Part shown: positions 40,047-49,876 of the stretch, one piece after another
Layout of the letters: each line of letters starts with the position of its first letter
Numbering within the stretch: position 1 is the stretch's first letter
Assembly: GCA_965223265.1 (NCBI GenBank)
Contig: OZ244999.1
Span: 4,128,001 to 4,192,000, forward strand
Length of the DNA: 64,000 bases
Direction: 5' to 3'
From: Planctomycetota bacterium
GTDB lineage: Bacteria; Planctomycetota; UBA8108; SXIK01
Translations under genes and position numbers: made by a program
The notes under the pieces: generated by a model
What the model was told of the DNA's origin: nothing
Seen by the model: only the letters and a program-made list of their open reading frames with translations
Databases searched by the model: none

Positions 40047-41795
40047 TCACCGATTCCGGCGCGGTAGAAAATCCACAGTCTCTACGTCATTGGTCAGCGG
40101 CTTTCCCGGTCGGCTGCGCCCGCTTCGGATCACTTCCTCAAGGTGTGCAACCATGGCGTCGATGCGCTCCGGGTGTGCGCCCGCCAGGTTCGTCGCCTCG
40201 CCCGGATCGGCGTCGAGATCAAAGAGCTGGACGAACGGCGCCCGCGTCAGGTCAGCCTGGGTTGGCTCACGCCCGATGGCCGCAACCGCCGCAGTCCACG
40301 CCTCCTCGGCGCCGGGACGGTTTCCGTGTCGTCCGATGGACCCACTTCCGGGGCAAAGGGCCAACTTCCAGTTCGCACTGCGAACGACGAAGCTGCGCGG
40401 CGAGTTCAGGATGATGCTCCGACGCGGCGATCCGCCGGCAGGATTCTTCAGAAGTGGCAGAAAGCTGATCGAGTCGGGCGCCTGATCGTCGGCGAGCTCG
40501 ACGCCTGCGACCTCCGCCAGGGTCCCCATCAGGTCGTTGAGCCCGATGAGCCCAGACGACTCCGAATCTGACGGAACGACAGCGGGCCAGCGCGCAACGA
40601 ACGGCACTCGAAGTCCACCTTCGTAGATGGAAAACTTGTAACCGCGGTACGGTCCAGACGGGTAATGGCCGATCTTTTCGAGCTCACGGATCTGACCGGA
40701 GATCGCCTTGCGCTGCGGTCCTGCGTACGAAGCCGGGCCATGATCAGACGTCGCCATGATCAACGTGTTCGCCGCAAGCCCATGCGCATCGAGCGCTCGG
40801 AGGACGCGGCCGACGCAGTCGTCCGTCTCCATGATAAAATCGCCGTACGGCCCAATCTCACTCTGCTTTTGAAACTCCGCGCGCGGACTCACGGGAGTGT
40901 GAGGCGACGTCAGCGCGAGGTAGAGAAAAAACGGCCTACCACGTTTCGCCGCGCGGGCGTTCTCAGCGATGAAACGCTCAGCTTCGGTCGAAAACGTATC
41001 CAAGACCTTGTGGTCTTCGAAGTCGACCGCCGCCGGACCAACGCGGTTGAACGCACTCCATCCCTTCTGCGCTGTCACCTCACCGAGCCAGTGATTGTTG
41101 CGCAAGAACGCATACGGATACATGTCGAGCGAGCCAGGAAGGATAAAACTATCGTCAAACCCCAGCTGCGGTGGTCCCATGAGAAGCGGCTTCGTGAAAT
41201 CGATGTTGTCCTTGCCCTGCGTCTTGCCATCGGTCGTTTGCATGCGCGTGCCGAGATGCCACTTGCCGACGTAACCCGTGCGATATCCTGCCGCGCGGAG
41301 CATGCTGCCGAGAGTGAACTGGCTGGTCGCAAGGTGTGGCTGAAGAAAGCCCATGCGCCCTCGCGGCGATGGCTCTTTGAAGCGCCAGGCGTAGCGCCCC
41401 GTCATGATGGAAACGCGCGACGGAACACACACGGAGTAGATCGAGTGCGCGTCGGTGAATCGGACTCCTTCCGCTGCCAGGCGGTCGAAGTTCGGTGTGG
41501 CGACGCGGCAGCGATCCTTGCCGAAGCACTTGATGTCGCCGAAGCCGAGATCGTCCGCCATGATGTAGACGATGTTCGGTCGCGGGACACCGGTAGCAGC
41601 GGCAGCGTTGGAGGGCTTGGCATCTGAAACCGACGCGGGTTCGGCCCACAGGGAAACGTCGATACAGGAGACGAGCAGGACGGCCGCAGTCAACACGGAG
41701 GATGCCCAGTGGGTAAATGCTGTCATCGAGCTTCGCAATACGGTCGATGCCCCATGTGGCCGACCTTCTTTAAGCAAAAAACCATGTACTCGCAT
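40047..41795 (-). CDS. Exported arylsulfatase (formylglycine-dependent, Cys-type)
   Basis: PNIVYIMADDLG, CVPSR..IMTGRY, GKWHLG, TSDHG and YEGGLRVP motifs; start may be at 41726. Confidence 0.92.
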   Translation of the reverse strand: MRVHGFLLKEGRPHGASTVLRSSMTAFTHWASSVLTAAVLLVSCIDVSLWAEPASVSDAKPSNAAAATGVPRPNIVYIMADDLGFGDIKCFGKDRCRVATPNFDRLAAEGVRFTDAHSIYSVCVPSRVSIMTGRYAWRFKEPSPRGRMGFLQPHLATSQFTLGSMLRAAGYRTGYVGKWHLGTRMQTTDGKTQGKDNIDFTKPLLMGPPQLGFDDSFILPGSLDMYPYAFLRNNHWLGEVTAQKGWSAFNRVGPAAVDFEDHKVLDTFSTEAERFIAENARAAKRGRPFFLYLALTSPHTPVSPRAEFQKQSEIGPYGDFIMETDDCVGRVLRALDAHGLAANTLIMATSDHGPASYAGPQRKAISGQIRELEKIGHYPSGPYRGYKFSIYEGGLRVPFVARWPAVVPSDSESSGLIGLNDLMGTLAEVAGVELADDQAPDSISFLPLLKNPAGGSPRRSIILNSPRSFVVRSANWKLALCPGSGSIGRHGNRPGAEEAWTAAVAAIGREPTQADLTRAPFVQLFDLDADPGEATNLAGAHPERIDAMVAHLEEVIRSGRSRPGKPLTNDVETVDFLPRRNR

Positions 41796-41941
41796 GGAGA
41801 CCTTTCATGACCGAGACGTTGTTCTTGGTTCCTGGTTCAATAGTCGTGTAATGTCATCCAGCCACGCAGCCGCACGCTGCACCGAAGCGCTGTGGCGAGC
41901 CGACTCATTCTACACACTCAAACGATCAGCGTAGCGGCGAC

Positions 41942-43978
41942 TCACTCCGAGATTCTTCGTCCGCGTCGCATCTGAAACGGAACAGACTTCGAGATCTCCA
42001 AGACCAGCTGCGAAAAACGATAGTCGGCGCTTTCAACGCCTGCCACGATGCGCTCGAGGGCGCAGTAGTCGTAGTACTCAAGACCGCGCCCAAGCGCATA
42101 GGTCAACATCTTCTCGGCAAGCGCCCGGGCGAAATCACGCGGTCGCTGCGTCAACAAAGCCTTGAGGTCACGAGGGCCGTTGACGAACGCCCCATCCGGG
42201 AGCGTCCCCGACGCATCGATCGGGAACTTCCCATCGCGCTCGCGCCACACTCCGACGGCATCGAAATTCTCGAGCGCGAATCCAAGGGGATCCATCTGCT
42301 CGTGACAGGACGCGCAAGCCGGATCAGCGCGGTGCTGCTCGAGCCGCTCTCGAAGCGTCGCCGCGGCGACAGCATCATCGTCTTCGTCGAGCTCTTTAAC
42401 CAACGGCGGCGGTGGTGGCGGCGGCGTGCCAAGGATCTGCTCCAGGATCCACTTGCCACGCTTGACGGGTGACGTCCGTGTCGGGTTCGACGTCAACGTC
42501 AAAACGCTGGCATGTGTGATCAGTCCACCACGAACCGTGCCAGCAAGACGCACACGACGAAACGCTTCTCCGTCGACGCCGTCGACACCATAGTGCGCAG
42601 CCAACTTGGCGTTGACGAAGGAAAAGTCGGAGTCGAGTAGATCGAGGAGTGTGCCACCGCCGCGCGCGATCGCATCGAAAAAGAGCTCAGTCTCTCGACG
42701 CATGTCGCGGCGCAGTGCTGCGTCGACAGCGGGAAACCGAGTTGGATCGGGCCGAAGACTTTCAAGGCGCCGCAACTGCAACCACTGTGCAGCGAAGTTC
42801 TCTGCCAACGCGAGCGCACGGTCGTCGTGGAGCAAGCGCAGGACTTGAGCTTCGAGGATCGTGGGGTCACGAAGGCCGCCGGTACCGGCGATTTCGAAGA
42901 GCTCATCGTCGGGCGGCCGACTCCAGAGGAAGAACGCCAGACGCGATGCGAGCTCGAAGCCGTTGAGAGGCTCGACGGGAAATCCTTGATCTGTTTTCTG
43001 GCGATCATCTCGCTTCGTCTCTGGCCTGGCCGTCGTGATGGGAGGGTCCTCGACGACGTGAAAAAGGAAATAGGGTGAAATGAGGATCGCCTGCAGGGCC
43101 ACCTGAACCGCATCTTCAAAGGAGCGCCCCTCGCCACCTGCGATCACAACCATGTCCAGGAGCCGCCGCAGCTCGGGTTTTCGCAGAGGGCGCCGAAACG
43201 CGCGACTGCCGACCGCGACAAGAATGTCTTGCGCGTTCGTCTCCCAGGCCTCATCCGAACTTGGCCGCTTGAGCAGCGCGTCCCTCACCGAAGCGTACTG
43301 TGAACGCGGCTGAGCGGCTGGATCCGACGGTAGAGCTCGGCGGGTGATTTTCTCGGCAGCGTCGAGATACTTCTCGAAAAGAAGCGGTGAAAGCGACAGC
43401 ACGTCGCCGATATTGTCGAAGCCGTAACCGACGTCGTCGGCGGGAAACTCGCCAGCCGCTTCGTAGCGAAACCCAAACAGGTCTTCGACGGCGTTCTGAT
43501 ACTCGGTGCGGTTGAGGCGCCGTAGCGTCACCCGGCCGGGATCGACCTCGCCGCGGCAGGTGGCGTCCAGTGCCGTGGCGATGATGTGTCGCACACGCTC
43601 ACGTTCTGCGTCGGTGGGCTGCGGCTGACTGGCGGGCGGCATCTGCTGGCGCGCCAGCATGCCGAGAGCGCGTTCCCAAGTGCGATGGTTGCGTAAGACA
43701 CGCGCTCGGTCGGAGGCAGCTGAAAGAAAATCGATGCCGGCGCTCGGTTCGTCACCGCTGTGGCAATCGCCGCAGTAGCGACCCAAAAACGGCACCAACG
43801 TCTGCTCCCACGGATCGTTCGCAGCACGGGCGACGGCGTGAACGCTCACGAGAATCACGACCAGGCAGATCCACCGCCTGCGCGTCAGGGAAACGTCGTC
43901 TCGTGGCTGCAAATTCGTGCGCCGCCCGTCAACCACTGCCCGAAACCTTGACCCGTCGATGCGGTAACGCTCGTTCAT
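41942..43978 (-). CDS. Planctomycete cytochrome c / DUF1587-1595-1592-1588-1585 protein
   Basis: CGDCH; RRLNRTEY; AFRRPL; ELASRLAFFLW..PDDEL; RTSPVKRGKW; CASCH..MDPLGFALENFD. Confidence 0.9.
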   Translation of the reverse strand: MNERYRIDGSRFRAVVDGRRTNLQPRDDVSLTRRRWICLVVILVSVHAVARAANDPWEQTLVPFLGRYCGDCHSGDEPSAGIDFLSAASDRARVLRNHRTWERALGMLARQQMPPASQPQPTDAERERVRHIIATALDATCRGEVDPGRVTLRRLNRTEYQNAVEDLFGFRYEAAGEFPADDVGYGFDNIGDVLSLSPLLFEKYLDAAEKITRRALPSDPAAQPRSQYASVRDALLKRPSSDEAWETNAQDILVAVGSRAFRRPLRKPELRRLLDMVVIAGGEGRSFEDAVQVALQAILISPYFLFHVVEDPPITTARPETKRDDRQKTDQGFPVEPLNGFELASRLAFFLWSRPPDDELFEIAGTGGLRDPTILEAQVLRLLHDDRALALAENFAAQWLQLRRLESLRPDPTRFPAVDAALRRDMRRETELFFDAIARGGGTLLDLLDSDFSFVNAKLAAHYGVDGVDGEAFRRVRLAGTVRGGLITHASVLTLTSNPTRTSPVKRGKWILEQILGTPPPPPPPLVKELDEDDDAVAAATLRERLEQHRADPACASCHEQMDPLGFALENFDAVGVWRERDGKFPIDASGTLPDGAFVNGPRDLKALLTQRPRDFARALAEKMLTYALGRGLEYYDYCALERIVAGVESADYRFSQLVLEISKSVPFQMRRGRRISE

Positions 43979-44227
43979 GTTGATCGATGATGCGGTGTGG
44001 CTCGTTGGCTGTCAAAGCAGAACCGATTGAAGCGGCGATGCGCGGTCGGGTGCGGCACGGTGCTCTACTTGGGACGGTCCCTTTCTCGTGCGATCCTCAG
44101 CCCCAAAACAGGTCTGAAGGAATAGCGCTCCCGAAGATTTCTTGCGTGTGGCGCATGAACAGGGTGAAGAAAGCGATGGGTTTGGTTTATGATGCGCGAC
44201 CTCTCGGCGTACAAGTAGGAGAACGAA

Positions 44228-44839
44228 ATGAACGCGCGAAATGATCGAAGTCGTTGGATCGGCGGTGGAGTGGTGATCGTCGCCGCGGTCGCCGTGACCG
44301 TTTTTGTCGTCAACAGTTTTTGGTTGGGTGCTATGCAGGCTGATAGCCAACAAGTCTCGGCGGAAAAGCGAGTCCAAGAACTCGGGCTCAAGCTACCAAC
44401 TCCGACTCCCCCATCGAACCCGTATGTGTCGGCGGTTCGCGTCGGCAACCTGCTCTACCTTTCGGGCATGGGGCCGCGGCGCGAGGACGGAACGTTCATC
44501 AAGGGGAAGGTTGCGGTGCGTACGACGAGCACAGGAGACTTCTTAACGACAGATCAAGGCAAAGCGGCGGCCCGGCGAGTCGGCATCACCATGCTTGGCG
44601 TGGTGCGTTCGCACCTCGGCAGTCTCGACAAAGTCAAACGACTCGTGAAAGTGCTCGGCATGGTGAATTCGACGCCGGAATTCACGGCACACCCGGCGGT
44701 GATCAACGGATTCAGTGAGCTCATGGTCGAGGTGTTTGGCGAGGAGGCCGGCAAGGGCGCGCGGAGCGCGGTTGGCATGGGATCGCTGCCGGGAAACATT
44801 CCCGTCGAGATCGAAGCGATCTTCGAGGTAAGCGACTGA
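44228..44839 (+). CDS. RidA/YjgF family protein with an N-terminal membrane or signal segment
   Basis: LYLSG, VKVLGMVNS, VINGFSEL..EVFG...ARSAVGMGSLP.NIPVEIE. Confidence 0.9.
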   Translation: MNARNDRSRWIGGGVVIVAAVAVTVFVVNSFWLGAMQADSQQVSAEKRVQELGLKLPTPTPPSNPYVSAVRVGNLLYLSGMGPRREDGTFIKGKVAVRTTSTGDFLTTDQGKAAARRVGITMLGVVRSHLGSLDKVKRLVKVLGMVNSTPEFTAHPAVINGFSELMVEVFGEEAGKGARSAVGMGSLPGNIPVEIEAIFEVSD

Positions 44840-45062
44840 GGCGAGAGCAAGCGATGACCGCGGAGCGGGACGTGGTCGGACGACGGTTCAGTAGTAGCGG
44901 TGAAAGAGCGAAAAGCAGCGCACACTTCAGAGCATCGTGCGGTCGTCAATCATTGAGGAGTGTCGCGACCGTGGCCGACGTGGGTCGATCCATCTGGATC
45001 GGGTCAAAGTCCCGCGTCTGAGAGAGTGACCAAGATCCTCCGTACAGTCGCCTGACGCGCGC

Positions 45063-45091
45063 TTGACGCCCGTCAGGCCCGGTGCTACGCT
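45063..45091 (+). promoter_or_regulatory. Sigma70-type promoter of tRNA-Pro
   Basis: TTGACG-17 bp-TACGCT with an upstream TG, 11 bp before the tRNA. Confidence 0.65.
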
Positions 45092-45102
45092 CGCAACACT
45101 CT

Positions 45103-45179
45103 CGGGGTGTGGCGCAGTTTGGTAGCGCGTCTGACTGGGGGTCAGAAGGTCGTAGGTTCAAGTCCTATCACCCCGACCA
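45103..45179 (+). tRNA. tRNA-Pro(GGG); likely island attachment site
   Basis: CGGGGTG/CACCCCG acceptor stem; TCTGA-CTGGGGG-TCAGA anticodon arm; GGTTCAAGTCC T arm; encoded CCA. Confidence 0.95.
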
Positions 45180-45284
45180 CTTTTAACTCCCGCCGAATCC
45201 CATAGTTGGGATACCTTCCCCGCCCTTCAGGGGGCGGGGAGGAGCGGCCTCCAAGTCTATACAAGTCTATACGGAGGTCGCCCC

Positions 45285-46505
45285 ATGGAGCGCAGGAGGG
45301 CGAGTCAACGGAATAAGAGCGCGAGGAAGCGGACACCGCGCTACTGCCGGCAAAAGAGGACGGGGCGGCCAGACCTCGCCTATGTCGAATTCGCCGGGTC
45401 GCGGTGCTACCTCGGTGAGTACGGCTCGAAGGAGAGCCGGGCCGAGTATCGCCGGCTGGTTGCTGAGTGGTCGGGAGCGAGTGGACGCGCGCCTGAACGT
45501 CTGAACGACCAGCTAACGGTCGTCGAGGTGATCGCAAGGTTTTGGGAGCACGCGCAGGTCTACTATCGACGAGCCGACGGCACGCCGACGAGCGAGGTGG
45601 CAAACTTCAAGACCGCGCTGCGGACGCTGAAGGAGCTCTATGGTCACACAAAGGCGGGTGACTTCGGACCGCGGTCACTGAAAGCGATTCGCTCGCACCT
45701 CGTCAAAAGGGGACTGGCACGCACGACCGTAAACGCCATGACAAAACGTATCCGATCGGTGTTCAAGTGGGCCGTCTCGGAGGAGTTGGTGCCGCCCTCG
45801 GTGCATCACGGCCTGCAGGCGGTCTCAGGTCTGAAGCGCGGACGTTCGGAGGCGCGCGAGACAAGCCGCGTTCTACCGGTGCCCGAGGAGTTCGTCGAGG
45901 CCGTCAGGCCATACGTCTCGAGGCAAGTGTGGACGCTGATTCAGCTGCAGAAGCTCTCCGGGGCGCGTTCGGGGGAAATTTTGGGGCTCCGGCCGCGTGA
46001 CATCGATACATCGGGAGAGGTCTGGAGCTACTCACCTCCGAAACACAAGACAGCTCACCACGATCATTCGCGGGAGCTCTTCTTCGGCCCCAAGGCGCAG
46101 GCTTTGCTCCGGCAGTGGATGGAGTCGCGTCCGCTCGCTGCGTCGCTCTTTTCGCCGGCGGACGCCGAGACCGAACGACGAGCGCAGCAGCACGCGGAGC
46201 GAAAGACGCCTCTTCGCTACGGCAATCGCCCAGGCACGAACCGGAAAGAGTCTCCAAGACGAACGCCGCGCGACTGCTACACCGTGGACAGCTACGGACG
46301 GGCTATTCGCCGCGCGTGTGAAAAAGCAGGGATTCCCCCATGGCATCCCCACCAGCTGCGCCACAATGCGGGCACGGAGATCCGAAAGCAGTTCGGTATC
46401 GAGACGACACGGATCGTCCTCGGACACCAGTCCGTGGTCGTCTCCGAGCTCTACGCCGAGCGCGACCGAGCGATCGCTATCGACGTGATGGGGAAGTTGG
46501 GGTAG
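45285..46505 (+). CDS. Tyrosine integrase 1
   Basis: GGAGG RBS; N-terminal arm-binding-like region; GARSGE, KHKT, HQLRH, LGH and ELYA catalytic motifs. Confidence 0.93.
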   Translation: MERRRASQRNKSARKRTPRYCRQKRTGRPDLAYVEFAGSRCYLGEYGSKESRAEYRRLVAEWSGASGRAPERLNDQLTVVEVIARFWEHAQVYYRRADGTPTSEVANFKTALRTLKELYGHTKAGDFGPRSLKAIRSHLVKRGLARTTVNAMTKRIRSVFKWAVSEELVPPSVHHGLQAVSGLKRGRSEARETSRVLPVPEEFVEAVRPYVSRQVWTLIQLQKLSGARSGEILGLRPRDIDTSGEVWSYSPPKHKTAHHDHSRELFFGPKAQALLRQWMESRPLAASLFSPADAETERRAQQHAERKTPLRYGNRPGTNRKESPRRTPRDCYTVDSYGRAIRRACEKAGIPPWHPHQLRHNAGTEIRKQFGIETTRIVLGHQSVVVSELYAERDRAIAIDVMGKLG

Positions 46506-46545
46506 AGGGGTAAAGCAATGAAGCAATAGAGCAGCGCGGAGTCGC

Positions 46546-46591
46546 CTCGACAAGCTGGGGGTCACTGGTTCAAGTCCAGTAACGCCCACCA
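46546..46591 (+). other. 3' half of a tRNA (Val GAC-like); att core
   Basis: CTCGACAAGCTGGGGGTCACTGGTTCAAGTCCAGTAACGCCCACCA gives anticodon loop, T arm, acceptor 3' strand and CCA; no matching 5' half upstream. Confidence 0.8.
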
Positions 46592-46697
46592 TTTTAAACC
46601 TCGCTGAATCCTTGTGTTAGGGATACCTGCTCGGTAAGAGCAGCGCGACCGTAGCCTGAAACAGACGTATCCGCGGATACGCTTTCAGGAGGTCAGA

Positions 46698-47921
46698 GTG
46701 CCCGAAAACACAGGAAGCAGTCCGAGAAACGCGCGGCGCCGCCGCATGGCGCCGCGCTATCGGCGGCAGCGACACAGCTTGCGGGCGGACCGCGCCTTCG
46801 TCGAGCTCTCCGGGCAACGAATCTACCTCGGCGAGTTCGGCTCCGAAGGCAGCTGGGAGATGTATCACCGCGTCGTGGCGGAGTGGGCTGCGAGTGGTCG
46901 ACGACCGAGAGAGGGGACGACGGACATCACCGTGAACGAGATCATCGTTCAATTCTCCCTCTACGCCGATTCGTACTACCGACGCGCTGACGGATCCCCC
47001 ACCGGCGAGTTCGACAACTTCAAGCAAGCCATGCGGCCGCTGCGGCGGCTTTATGGACGAACGCCGGCAGCAGAGTTCGGCCCGATGGCGCTGAAGGCGG
47101 TGCGGCAAACTCTCATCGACGACGGTCTTGCGAGAACCACGGTGAATGCTTCGACACGGCGGCTGCGTCAAGTCTTCAAGTGGGCAGTGTCGGAGGAGCT
47201 TTTGCCGGCAGACGTGCTCCACGCCTTGCAATCAGTTCCGCCGCTCAAGCGCGGCAGGACGGAAGCGCGCGAGCCCAATCCGATACGGCCAGTACCCCGC
47301 CAGGACGTTGAGGCGGTGAGGCCACATGTGTCGCGGCAGGTGTGGACGCTGATCCAAGTCCAACTCCTCACGGGGGCGCGCAGCGGCGAGCTCTTGCCGA
47401 TGCGGGCGGTCGATCTGGACACAACCGGGAGTGTGTGGGTGTACAAGCCGCAGTCGCACAAGAACGACTATCGCGACCAGGAGCGCCAGATCTATCTAGG
47501 GCCGCGTGCGCAGGATCTGATCCGAGGTTTCCTTGTGAATCGTTCGCTCACCGCACCGCTCTTTTCACCCAGGGAAGCTGAGGCAGAGAGATCCATAACG
47601 AGACACGCCGATCGTAGGACGCCGCCCGGCCGCGGCAACATGCCCGGATCCCACCTCAGCTCCGAAGCAAGAAGGAGATCGCCCGGCGAGATGTACGATA
47701 CGCGCAGCTACGCACGAGCGATTCGTCGCGCTTGCGAGCAAGCTATGATTGCGGTGTGGAGCCCGCACCGTCTTAGGCACACCCGTGCCACGGAGATCCG
47801 CCGCGAGTATGGCCTCGAGGTCTCGAGGGTGATCTGTGGCCACAGGTCCACAGCGGCAACGGAGATCTACGCGGAGGTCGACCACCAGCGAGCGATCGAG
47901 CTGATGGGGAAGATAGGTTGA
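46698..47921 (+). CDS. Tyrosine integrase 2, paralog of integrase 1
   Basis: AGGAGG RBS with GTG start; GARSGE, SHKN, HRLRH, CGH and EIYA; colinear with integrase 1, both ending MGK(L/I)G. Confidence 0.93.
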   Translation: MPENTGSSPRNARRRRMAPRYRRQRHSLRADRAFVELSGQRIYLGEFGSEGSWEMYHRVVAEWAASGRRPREGTTDITVNEIIVQFSLYADSYYRRADGSPTGEFDNFKQAMRPLRRLYGRTPAAEFGPMALKAVRQTLIDDGLARTTVNASTRRLRQVFKWAVSEELLPADVLHALQSVPPLKRGRTEAREPNPIRPVPRQDVEAVRPHVSRQVWTLIQVQLLTGARSGELLPMRAVDLDTTGSVWVYKPQSHKNDYRDQERQIYLGPRAQDLIRGFLVNRSLTAPLFSPREAEAERSITRHADRRTPPGRGNMPGSHLSSEARRRSPGEMYDTRSYARAIRRACEQAMIAVWSPHRLRHTRATEIRREYGLEVSRVICGHRSTAATEIYAEVDHQRAIELMGKIG

Positions 47922-48272
47922 CGGGAGGGACACACTCTACAGCACATATAGTCAAAACTGTGGCGAACGTCGGACAAACTGGGAACCAAGTCGTCGTCGC
48001 GAGTCCAACGTTCGGAAAACGCGTCAGAGAGCGCCTTGGTCCTTTCTTCAACTAAAAATTGACAACCATTCTGTCGCCATTAAGCTCGAAGTATCGGAGT
48101 CGAGCATTCCTCCCGAAACGCCAGACGACGTTTCGTGGAGATCTCAATCTGGCAGGCGGGACTGTGGAGTACGGGTTCAGTTGACACGCTGCTACTCACC
48201 TGAGTCAGCGGTGACTGCGAGAGGCCGAGTCTTCGTCTCTCGGGTCGAACGTATGTCTTGGAGGGCAAATCT

Positions 48273-48468
48273 GTGAAGATGGTTCGAGACGTCTGCGTTC
48301 CCACGAATGTGTTTGTCGGTGTCTTTGCGATGTCCTTGTTCACATCCGTCGCAAACGGACAGAACAACATCTACGAGTCGGACTACGTGATCAAGCCGCA
48401 GCCGGATCTGCGCGCAGAGTTCCGGCTCAGCGGTGATCCGGAGGAGATCGCCAGGGCGCGCCTGCGCG
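48273..48468 (+). pseudogene. M36 protease gene, fragment 1 (signal peptide and start of propeptide)
   Basis: GGAGGG RBS; hydrophobic signal ending VANG; runs into the RIT left end. Confidence 0.7.
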
Positions 48469-48616
48469 GCAACACATGGGGAGTTCGGAGTTATGTGGAG
48501 TAGCGGAGTGAAGTCGTTGCTTTACAACACGTTCCAGTTCTCGCTCTCCCCATAAACCGGTAGCGTCGGTCTCCTCAGCACCCGCGGTGGGTGCCCCTCA
48601 AATCGGGAGATCGACC

Positions 48617-49876
48617 ATGATCGAAAAAGCTGAATCGTTCCCAGGCAGATCGTCACTCAGCGGCCTCGTCGCCGCTGCTCTTCGCCACCTCGAAGGTCTC
48701 GGCTACAGCCGACGAACTGTCGGGTACTATCGGAATTCGTGGAACAAGCTTCTCGAGTTCGCTCGAGAGTCGAAGCGGCGCGCGTTCTCGTCCGAACTCG
48801 TCTGTCGGTTCTTGGCTCACCACGGGATCAGCTCCGACGCTGATCAGGGGAAGCTACGCTGGCGTGAGGTCGAGCTGCTCAAGGCGCTGCGGATCCTCAC
48901 GGAGTTCGCCGAAGGCGGCAGCTTTCGGCCGTACCGCAAGCGGCTTCCCGAGCCGGTCTTCGCCAAGACGATCGCGGCCGAGCTACTGGCCTACGAGGCC
49001 TTCTGCCGTGAGCACCTCGGACATCGCCCCTGCACCGTCGCGCAGCGCCGAAGAGTGGTCGTCCAGTTCTTTCAGTTCCTCAACCCTCGAGGCATCTCCG
49101 CCTTGCGAGGACTGAGGACGCGCGACTTCTGCGATTTTCTCGACTCTCTCACGCAGTTGAGTCCTCCGTCGCTCGCCGCCGTATCAGGAGCGCTCAAGTC
49201 CTTTGTCCGCTACCTGTGCATGCGTGGGATCGTCGAACCGAAGGTGGCGGATGAATGGGTTCCCATCCGCTTCGCGAAGGAGAGTCGGCTTCCGTCCGTC
49301 TGGCCGGCAAGCGCGGTAAAGGAACTCCTCGCCGCTGTGGATCGTAGCACCACACAGGGCAAACGAGATTACGCCATCCTTCTCCTCGCTTGCCGCTTCG
49401 GCCTTCGAGCCAGCGACATTCGGACGTTGCGTCTCGACGACATCCGTTGGTCGAACGGTCGCATTGACCTTCGTCAGTCGAAGACAGGTCAGCCGTTGAC
49501 GCTCCCCCTCGAGGACGACGTCGCCGACGCACTCATCGATTACCTCCAACACGGCCGGCCGGCGACGAGCTATCGCCAGGTGTTTCTGAAGACCCGTGCT
49601 CCGGTGGCACCTCTCGGGGAGCGAAACAATCTCGTCACCATCGTGTCTTCTCACCTCAGCGGCCTGAAGACGCCTCTGCCTGCGGAGACCCGACGCGGCC
49701 TCCATGCTCTTCGTCACACTCTAGCCACACGTCTCCTCCGGGCTGGCGAACCGCTCGAGACGATTGCGGCGATCCTCGGACACACCTCGGTCGAGTCGAC
49801 CAGGCTCTATACGAGTCTCGACCTGGAAGCTCTGCATTGCGTCGCTCTCGACCCCGAGGAGGTGCTCCATGGGTAG
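48617..49876 (+). CDS. ritA: RIT tyrosine recombinase A
   Basis: RDYAILLL..GLRASDI, QSKT, GLHALRH, ILGH and TRLY. Confidence 0.88.
   Translation: MIEKAESFPGRSSLSGLVAAALRHLEGLGYSRRTVGYYRNSWNKLLEFARESKRRAFSSELVCRFLAHHGISSDADQGKLRWREVELLKALRILTEFAEGGSFRPYRKRLPEPVFAKTIAAELLAYEAFCREHLGHRPCTVAQRRRVVVQFFQFLNPRGISALRGLRTRDFCDFLDSLTQLSPPSLAAVSGALKSFVRYLCMRGIVEPKVADEWVPIRFAKESRLPSVWPASAVKELLAAVDRSTTQGKRDYAILLLACRFGLRASDIRTLRLDDIRWSNGRIDLRQSKTGQPLTLPLEDDVADALIDYLQHGRPATSYRQVFLKTRAPVAPLGERNNLVTIVSSHLSGLKTPLPAETRRGLHALRHTLATRLLRAGEPLETIAAILGHTSVESTRLYTSLDLEALHCVALDPEEVLHG

Noticed and set aside
46505-46591. Complete tRNA-Val gene
   Set aside because: No 5' acceptor strand (GGGCGTT), D arm or 5' anticodon-stem strand upstream; only the 3' half is present
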